Of a stretch of 64,000 bases of DNA, positions 57,158-64,000 are shown piece by piece (position 1 is the first letter of the stretch; each line of letters begins with the position of its first letter). The notes under the pieces are model-generated. The model was not told where the DNA came from. It made no database searches and was given only the letters and a program-made list of their open reading frames with translations. The DNA comes from Gemmatimonadota bacterium (GTDB lineage: Bacteria; Gemmatimonadota; Gemmatimonadetes; Gemmatimonadales; GWC2-71-9). Position numbers and translations under genes: made by a program. Location: assembly GCA_036679605.1 (NCBI GenBank), contig JAZDCZ010000324.1, positions 32,001 through 96,000 on the forward strand, in the 5' to 3' direction.

Positions 57158-58027
57158 CTAAGGAGTAGCCAGCTGCTCGGCGAAGCGACCGGCCGTTTGA
57201 GGCCTCCTCTCAGGTCGCTTTTCGAGCGCGGCCAGCACGGCGCGCTCTACGTGCTCAGGCACGTCGGGCCGCACTACTCTAATAGAAGGTGGTGATTCAC
57301 TCGCTTGGCGTGCCATGATCGCCTGCGCCGAGTGACCGGTGAACGGAGGTTCTCCGACCAGCATGTCGTAGAGCACGCACGCGAGCGAATAGATGTCACT
57401 GCGTCCGTCCACTTGCCCTCTTCCGGTGGCCTGTTCGGGACTCATGTAGGACGGTGTGCCCACAATGACGCCGGTGGACGAGATGTTCTCGCCGGACGCC
57501 TCTACAATGGCACGTGCGACACCAAAGTCGCACAGTACTGCGCGACCTTGGTCAAACAAGATGTTGCCGGGCTTGATGTCGCGGTGCATCACGTTTTCTG
57601 CGTGGGCGTAATCCAGCGCCGATCCGATCTGCCGGGCAATATCGAGCGCCTCTTCGATCTCGAGTCTGTGATGCCCCTCCAAACGCGTGCCCAGTGAGTC
57701 GCCGTCGGCGCATGGCATCACATAGAACAACTCGCCGCCCAACTCTTCCGAATCGAGTAGCGGCAGGATGTGTGGATGCCGGAGACGTTTCAGGAGCGAG
57801 ATCTCTCGGTGGAACCGGCCGGCTCCGATGGATACGGCAAATTCAGGACGCAGGACCTTGATCGCTACGGTCTGGGAGTCTGATAGCCGAACCGCAAGGT
57901 AGACGCTTGCCATACTCCCGCGGCCAAGCAGCCGTGCGACATCATACGACCCGCGCAACGCGGATCTTACCGAGTCCAGCCGATCTTTCACCTGTCGAGT
58001 TTCGTTTCGTTTGGCCGCATCACACAC
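57158..58027 (-). CDS. Stand-alone Ser/Thr protein kinase
   Basis: VAIK, HRDIKPGN, DFG, GTPSYMSPEQ. Confidence 0.93.
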   Translation of the reverse strand: MCDAAKRNETRQVKDRLDSVRSALRGSYDVARLLGRGSMASVYLAVRLSDSQTVAIKVLRPEFAVSIGAGRFHREISLLKRLRHPHILPLLDSEELGGELFYVMPCADGDSLGTRLEGHHRLEIEEALDIARQIGSALDYAHAENVMHRDIKPGNILFDQGRAVLCDFGVARAIVEASGENISSTGVIVGTPSYMSPEQATGRGQVDGRSDIYSLACVLYDMLVGEPPFTGHSAQAIMARQASESPPSIRVVRPDVPEHVERAVLAALEKRPERRPQTAGRFAEQLATP

Positions 58028-58051
58028 ATCCGGGACCTTATTCTTGACCGG

Positions 58052-59278
58052 CTACGTTGCCGGAATCGCCGCGGTGTCCTCGAGTTCTCGTTGACTTGTT
58101 TCGGGGAGTTGCCACAACAGCAGGCCGAGGGCCACCAGCACGAAGCCCACTGTTAATGAAACGGAATTTCCCCATCCAATTCGCTCTGCAGCCTCGCCCA
58201 CGATCCATGGTGCGATCACGTAGCCGATCCGGCCCAGCAGGTTGTTGCACCAGGCGAAGGCGTCTCCCCGAAGTTCGGTCGGAAAGAGTTCGGTAGTAAG
58301 AGCGTTGAGCAGCGAAAGCAGCGCCACCGCCGCAAAAATAGCACCCATTAGAGATACGGTTAGCAGCCAGAATCCGTTCATTTGGTAGGCGGCAACCACA
58401 GAGATTGCGCAGGCCATGTAGATCATCAGTGCGCTCCGCCGTCGGCCCCAGATATCCAAGAGTCTTCCGGCGACCAGCACCAGTGGCATGCTACCCAGCG
58501 ACGCTAGCGCGATGGCAAGCCCGACCTGGCCATCTGTGAAACCTCGTTCGCCAACCGCGAACTCTTTCCAGAACACGACGGCTGGCTGAGTACACATGTA
58601 GGTAAGCCCCCAGATGACTGCTAGCTGAATCACGCGCTTGCGATAGGGAGACCTTAGGATCGCGAAGAAGCTTCTCTTCGTTGCTCTGGTCTCTCCTGCA
58701 TAGGCCGCGTAGCGCCGAGTTTCCTTCAGCGAGCGCCGACCGTATGCGACCAAGAGGACCGGGCCTACCCCGACGAAGTACACGGCACGCCAACCGAACG
58801 GAGTGAGAAGCAGAAGGGGCGTGACAGCCGCACATGTTATCGATCCCATTGCAGTGGCAGCTTGAATCACGCCTATTACGAACCCTCGCCGCTCTGCTGG
58901 AAACTCTTCTGCCGCGAATATCATACTCAGTGCCCACTCGGCGATGAGGAAAGTTCGGGCGGCTATCTGGTAGAACGCAAAATCGTATGGTGTGCGCGAG
59001 ATGCCTGTCAGGAAGGTAAAGCTTGCGTACCCCAGGATCGTGATGGTGAGAACACGTAGTCTACCCCACCGGTCGGCCAGACGAACCAGGAGGTACGCCA
59101 GCATAGTGCCCAGGCCAATGACCGAGACGAGCATTCCTCCGGCGCTCTGAGAGAGCCCCATCTCGACGCGCAGGTTCGGCAGAATTTGGCCCAGCGCAGT
59201 GAAGTCGTACCCCTCGAAAAAAGTCGCAACGCTGAGAAAGATGAAGAGGCGCTTTTGGTATCGTGATAGGCGGGGCAC
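58052..59278 (-). CDS. MFS transporter
   Basis: EGYD, LADRWGR, EEFPAERRG, ELFPTELRG; 12 TM segments. Confidence 0.92.
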   Translation of the reverse strand: MPRLSRYQKRLFIFLSVATFFEGYDFTALGQILPNLRVEMGLSQSAGGMLVSVIGLGTMLAYLLVRLADRWGRLRVLTITILGYASFTFLTGISRTPYDFAFYQIAARTFLIAEWALSMIFAAEEFPAERRGFVIGVIQAATAMGSITCAAVTPLLLLTPFGWRAVYFVGVGPVLLVAYGRRSLKETRRYAAYAGETRATKRSFFAILRSPYRKRVIQLAVIWGLTYMCTQPAVVFWKEFAVGERGFTDGQVGLAIALASLGSMPLVLVAGRLLDIWGRRRSALMIYMACAISVVAAYQMNGFWLLTVSLMGAIFAAVALLSLLNALTTELFPTELRGDAFAWCNNLLGRIGYVIAPWIVGEAAERIGWGNSVSLTVGFVLVALGLLLWQLPETSQRELEDTAAIPAT

Positions 59279-60715
59279 CTATCTCCCGGAAGACGGAAAT
59301 ACGACCACGCTCTCGTTCCCATCATTGCCCACGGCCGCCACACCAAAGAAGTAGTTGTCGATGATGAGTCCGTCGAAGGTGTAGTCTGTCACGTCACCGA
59401 CCAGTTTCGACGAATCCCAGGTCGGAGAATCGGTTAGGCGCCAGTACACCCGGAAGCCGGTGACATTGGCGGAATCCGACGGTGGCTGCCAGCGCATTCT
59501 TGCGGACGGCCGCACAGCACCAGTGATTCGCACGCTTGTGGGAGGGCCGGGTGCCCTCGCGAGCGCCGCCATCGTGGCGGCGTTGAGTGCGGTGAGCTTG
59601 GCGGCATAATCGAAATTCACGCCTTCTAGCACGTCGCCGTAGTGGATGCCGTTCTCCACCCTGATATCCTGGTGCTGCCGCGTGTAGTTCTCGTTGGTCT
59701 CCATGATCCGGACGGCCGGATACCCGAGATTGGCGAATGGCGTGTGGTGGCCGCCGCGGCCGAACCTATCTAATCGATAGATCATCACCACGTCCAGGTT
59801 CGGGAGATACATGTCTGCGACGCGATCGACGTAGCGGGCCAACTGTCTCGATATTCCATCGACGTCACCGCCGGTTCGGCGCCGGGTCTGAAGTTGTCGC
59901 AAGATCCGGTTGAACTCAAGCGCCGGCAACTCGACCGTGCCGGAGTCGCGAGCAGCACGGAACAATCCCTCTCCAGCGAATTCTGCTAGGGCCATATCGA
60001 TGGGCACTGTGCCATCGGAGAAGACACGCGCGTGTGTGTTGTCGATCACACCGCTCAGGCCCTCGATATTCCCGATCATGTCGTTGTTTAGGACACCTTG
60101 AATGTTCCACCCGTGCTCCTGCGCATATCGCGCCACGGTGCCACCGCCATAAAGCCCTTGCTCCTCACCGGACAACCCCATGTATGCGATAGATCCGTTG
60201 AAGCGATGCTTACTAAGAACCCGTGCGGCTTCGATTGCTCCCGCCATTCCGCTGGCGTTGTCGTTTGCGCCCGGGGCTGAGTCGATTGCGTTGCTGTTGC
60301 GGCTGATCCGGCTATCTATGTCACCGCTCATGATGATCATGCGGTTGGGGTCGATCGTTCCGCGCTGAATGGCTACGACATTGACGATGTTGGTAGCGTC
60401 GGGCAGTCTCCTTCCCGCCGGAAACACCTCGGAGATATAAGAAACTTCGAGACAGCCACCGCACTGTTCTGAAATACGCTCGAATTCGGCTTTGATCCAT
60501 CGTCGCGCCGCCCCTATCCCACGTGTTCGCGACAGTGTGTCGGAAAGCGTACTGCGCGTGCCGAAGCTGACAAGCTTGGTGATGTCGGCCTCCAGCCTGC
60601 TGGCCGAGACCGAAGCAACCACTTCATGAATACGGGGGTCATCGGTGCTTTGTGCAGGTTGGGACCAAAGTGGGGTAACCATGGAGAGACCTACAAAGAT
60701 CGCCGGGAATTTCAT
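59279..60715 (-). CDS. M28-family metallopeptidase with C-terminal Fn3-like domain
   Basis: PGANDNASG, GEEQGL, NNDMIG, RGGHH. Confidence 0.9.
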   Translation of the reverse strand: MKFPAIFVGLSMVTPLWSQPAQSTDDPRIHEVVASVSASRLEADITKLVSFGTRSTLSDTLSRTRGIGAARRWIKAEFERISEQCGGCLEVSYISEVFPAGRRLPDATNIVNVVAIQRGTIDPNRMIIMSGDIDSRISRNSNAIDSAPGANDNASGMAGAIEAARVLSKHRFNGSIAYMGLSGEEQGLYGGGTVARYAQEHGWNIQGVLNNDMIGNIEGLSGVIDNTHARVFSDGTVPIDMALAEFAGEGLFRAARDSGTVELPALEFNRILRQLQTRRRTGGDVDGISRQLARYVDRVADMYLPNLDVVMIYRLDRFGRGGHHTPFANLGYPAVRIMETNENYTRQHQDIRVENGIHYGDVLEGVNFDYAAKLTALNAATMAALARAPGPPTSVRITGAVRPSARMRWQPPSDSANVTGFRVYWRLTDSPTWDSSKLVGDVTDYTFDGLIIDNYFFGVAAVGNDGNESVVVFPSSGR

Positions 60716-60857
60716 CACGTCTCCTGGTGGCTGGGTGGCGCGGCGGAAAATCATAGTGACAGCGGTTACGCTATCCGGACTTACTCATTGACGCAAGTTG
60801 TCGTGTTGGTACCTTATACTCGGAATTCAAGCCATCCAGAAAAAGAGGGCGACTGCA

Positions 60858-61352
60858 ATGCGAAGTTCCAGATGGATCCTGATACTGGCATGCTCGTCTG
60901 CTCTGGCGTGTTCACCGCCGAACGTGTCATTGCGTGAGCAGGGATTGATTCAACAGGCTGTCGAGGGGCAGCTCAATTCGTGGGTACGCGCAATCAACAA
61001 TAGAGAGATCGATTCCGTTCTGACGTTTTACCGTCATTCCCCAGAGCTGACCGTTGTTTGGGCCGACGGGCAGGTATTACATGGATGGAATGAGCACGAA
61101 ACGGTGTTGAACGAACGCTTCGGTAGCATCGAGCGCATAAATTTCGTCAAGCAAAATGTCACGGTCGAAATCCTGAGCGGAGATTTCGCCATCGCGACCT
61201 TCCGTCATTCGCTCGATATAGTGAACACTGGAGGTGTCAGGCAGAGTCCGGCTTCGGGCTCGGTAACCATTCTTTGGGCTCGAGATTCGGGCGACAACTC
61301 GTGGAAGATCCACACGCAGCACGTTTCCGTGAAGCCTCCGAGTGCTAACTGA
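60858..61352 (+). CDS. NTF2/SnoaL-like lipoprotein
   Basis: ALAC lipobox; W..A.N....D...; WKIHTQHVS. Confidence 0.8.
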   Translation: MRSSRWILILACSSALACSPPNVSLREQGLIQQAVEGQLNSWVRAINNREIDSVLTFYRHSPELTVVWADGQVLHGWNEHETVLNERFGSIERINFVKQNVTVEILSGDFAIATFRHSLDIVNTGGVRQSPASGSVTILWARDSGDNSWKIHTQHVSVKPPSAN

Positions 61353-61487
61353 CTGTTTTGAGCGCGAAGTTCGACTCTCCCGACCCAACACTTGTGGCCT
61401 AATGGAGCCGCGTATTCCTGGGCAAGCTATTGTCTTATCGGAAGTTAGTTCTTATTGTGTTGCGACCTTCCAATGGAGGCCCGGCCG

Positions 61488-62606
61488 GTGTCGGACCCCT
61501 TCTTAAGTTCAGACGAGTACAGTGAGCGGGCGCATGACCTGTATAATGCGGGGCGCTACCAGGCTGCGCTCCGCGTCCTAAAGGACGGATTGGAGCTTTA
61601 CCCGTTCTCGCTGGACCTACATGTCGGTGCAGCATATGCTCGTTTGGCCAGAGACGAGTTTGCGTGGGCCCGCCGGAGCTTCGAGGAAGCCCTCGCTCTG
61701 GATCCGGATCATGAGGAAGCACTTGCAGGACTAGGTGAAACCCTTCTGAAGTTGGGAGAGCGGGCTGCTGCTCTCCGGTGCTTCGACCGGATATTGGTCC
61801 TGGGCTTTCGAGAGGACCATGACCTAATGCTTCAGGTGGGTCGTGCATTGTTCCGCGAGAATATGATCGATCATGCCCGCGGTTTCTTTGAAATAGCGGT
61901 GGATTGCCATCCGGATTCGTCGGAAGCTGCTGGGTGCCTGGGGTATTCCGCCCATCGACTGGGTGATGAGGACGGATCGCTCTACTGGTTGCGGAGAGCG
62001 CTGGATCTCGATTCCACCCATGCGGAAGCTAGGATCTACCTTGGCAATCTACTGTACGATCGAGGTGAATACGAAGCCGCGCTGTTCCATTTTGGGCGCA
62101 CTAGCCCCATTGACCATATAGACGAACTCGCGGTTTGGCGGTTGCTGGAACTCAAGAAGTCGGTCTGTCGGCTACCGGCTGACGATCCCGAACTCAAACC
62201 CTGGTCGGCCCGTCTCGTGGAGTTGGCCGACAACAGCGATCCCATCGAGCGGCTCCTCGCTGAAGTAGAGGCCACACAGACCGACGGCACGATCAGAGAT
62301 CCTCGACAGCTGGAATTATTCGGTACGCTCCTAACCGAGCTGCAAGGCATGAAGCTCCGACGCAATACAGGTGACCCACACCGGGTGAAGGCTACCAATG
62401 GCGTAACCTACGCGGGCGCTTGGGAAGAGATCATACTGCAAATGAAAATGGACGATCGTGAACTTAGTGAATCGTCCATGGACCAATATATGCTCTGGGT
62501 GGCGCGCCGCAGTCGTAGTGAAACCGGTCGGGCGATCCCGCTAACCGATGCCGAGAGCTTTATTCGCGGCGCTGCTGCGGCCGGGCTACTGACGATTATT
62601 GGGTAA
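61488..62606 (+). CDS. Tetratricopeptide-repeat protein
   Basis: Multiple TPRs (ALALDPDHEEALAGLGETL...). Confidence 0.88.
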   Translation: MSDPFLSSDEYSERAHDLYNAGRYQAALRVLKDGLELYPFSLDLHVGAAYARLARDEFAWARRSFEEALALDPDHEEALAGLGETLLKLGERAAALRCFDRILVLGFREDHDLMLQVGRALFRENMIDHARGFFEIAVDCHPDSSEAAGCLGYSAHRLGDEDGSLYWLRRALDLDSTHAEARIYLGNLLYDRGEYEAALFHFGRTSPIDHIDELAVWRLLELKKSVCRLPADDPELKPWSARLVELADNSDPIERLLAEVEATQTDGTIRDPRQLELFGTLLTELQGMKLRRNTGDPHRVKATNGVTYAGAWEEIILQMKMDDRELSESSMDQYMLWVARRSRSETGRAIPLTDAESFIRGAAAAGLLTIIG

Positions 62607-62727
62607 TCGCTTCGAGCTGAGGCAACCCACACAACTGCAGTTCCCGGCCCCTATTCCCACTTCCCCATAGCCACGAGACCGATAACGACACGGGCGTTGC
62701 TGCTGCGCACCCAATTATGTTTGTCTG

Positions 62728-64000
62728 ATGTCATGGACGACTGATGTAGTCAAAAGAGTTCTTCCCAACGGACTAACCGTGTTGGTACAGCCGGACACGT
62801 CCGCCTCCGTCGTAGCCGTAGTAACGCACGTAAAGGCCGGGTACTTCGACGAACCGGATGAGTGGGTTGGCATCGCGCACGTTCTGGAGCACATGTTCTT
62901 CAAGGGAACCGCACGCCGGAAACCTGGCGAGATCGCTCGTGATACCCAGCTGATGGGCGGCTATCTCAATGCGGCGACGATTTATGACAAGACGATCTAT
63001 TACACGGTCCTGCCTTCCGCTGAGAGAGGTCTGGCGCAGGCACTGGACGTTCAGTCGGACGCCCTGATCAATGCCGCACTCGATTCCGGTGAACTGGAAC
63101 GTGAGCTAGAGGTGATCATCCAGGAGGCAAAGCGGAAGCTCGACTCGCCCCACTCAGTGGCGGGGGAGACACTCTATCAGTTGTTGTTCTCGAAGCACAG
63201 GATGCGACGCTGGAGAATCGGTACCGAGGACGGACTGAGAAGTCTGACGGCAGATGACCTCCGTTCTTATTACACGTCCCGTTACACACCAAACCGGGTG
63301 ATTGTCGGAATGGTTGGAAATCTGGATGTTGAGGAAGCCTTACGGCTCGCAGAAGAATACTACGGCGAGTGGGATCGGGCCGAGACGGTCGTGGGACGTT
63401 CGCCGGAGGAGACGGATCAGATTCAGCCCAAGACACGAGTGGTGAACGGAGATGTAACTCGCCCGCTCGCAGTGGTCGGGTGGCGGACGGTGGGTGCGTT
63501 GCATGAATGGACGCCGGCGCTGGATGTTGCGGCCGTCGTGCTGGGCAATGGGAGAGGATCGCGACTGTACCGCGGGGTTCGGTTGGAGGGACTAGCAAAT
63601 TCAATAGGGTCGTCGCACTACACGCCGACGGAAGTTGGCGTCTTCGACATTTTCTTGGAGGGTGACTCAGACACCTTCGATGATGCGGTCGAGCGAAGCG
63701 TGCGGATTGTGAGTCACTTGATCGAGCGTGGCGCTGACGACAGCGAATTGGAGAGAGCCCGCGCCCTGGTCGCGACTAGATGGGCACGGCAATTCGAGTC
63801 CATGGACGGACGAGCTGGAGCACTTTGTGAAGCCGAGGCGCTTGGTGGCTATGAGTTGGCAGACGATCTCTACAGCCGAACGATGGAGGTCACTGCCGGT
63901 GATGTGAGGGAGGCTGCGGCGATGTACCTTCGCTCTGCTGACGCCTCTGCGGTTTTCTATCTTCCCGACGGGATGACAACCAGCGTTGCGAACGGAGGGT
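62728..64000 (+). CDS. M16 (pitrilysin) zinc peptidase, partial; runs off the window
   Basis: Open frame MSWTTDVVKRVLPNGLTV...GIAHVLEHMFFKGT (HxxEH); absent from the ORF track because it has no stop in the window. Confidence 0.92.
   Translation, partial: MSWTTDVVKRVLPNGLTVLVQPDTSASVVAVVTHVKAGYFDEPDEWVGIAHVLEHMFFKGTARRKPGEIARDTQLMGGYLNAATIYDKTIYYTVLPSAERGLAQALDVQSDALINAALDSGELERELEVIIQEAKRKLDSPHSVAGETLYQLLFSKHRMRRWRIGTEDGLRSLTADDLRSYYTSRYTPNRVIVGMVGNLDVEEALRLAEEYYGEWDRAETVVGRSPEETDQIQPKTRVVNGDVTRPLAVVGWRTVGALHEWTPALDVAAVVLGNGRGSRLYRGVRLEGLANSIGSSHYTPTEVGVFDIFLEGDSDTFDDAVERSVRIVSHLIERGADDSELERARALVATRWARQFESMDGRAGALCEAEALGGYELADDLYSRTMEVTAGDVREAAAMYLRSADASAVFYLPDGMTTSVANGG

Overview
A GC-rich (roughly 60%) bacterial window, probably Gemmatimonadota; this is inferred from the several 'RL..L.DRY..E.EIG.GGM..V.LA.DL.H' Ser/Thr kinases and the envelope-rich gene content. 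Most of it is ordinary housekeeping, envelope and signalling genes: feoB/feoA, a TonB-dependent receptor, TAXI-TRAP transporter, soxC/soxD-like pair, infA, rhomboid, cyclophilin, hslR, sdhCAB, a two-component system, a GGDEF protein, two kinases, an MFS transporter, and M28 and M16 peptidases. Several signals are missing from the ORF track. (1) At about 19.2-23.0 kb lies a decayed integron. A tiny intI remnant has its catalytic Tyr replaced by Asn, is probably internally deleted, and points in the SAME direction as its cassettes. It is followed by a candidate attI, five clear and several broken attC sites, and cassettes for mazEF, a VOC protein, an unknown 201-aa protein and several micro-proteins. 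(2) At 3.9-5.3 kb a His/Cys-rich membrane-anchored upstream ORF ends in the ribosome-arrest motif RAPP. It is followed by hairpins over the RBS of a His-rich outer-membrane barrel, a candidate metal-sensing arrest-peptide switch. (3) At 0.1-3.8 kb an accessory patch of small orphan and Zn-ribbon genes begins where a kinase gene is cut off. (4) There are many very short pseudogenes (kinase, XRE, AbrB antitoxin, DUF1330, intI, cold-shock protein), several 'hollowed' by internal deletion. No tRNA, rRNA or CRISPR array was seen. All family assignments come from motif recognition by eye, not database searches.
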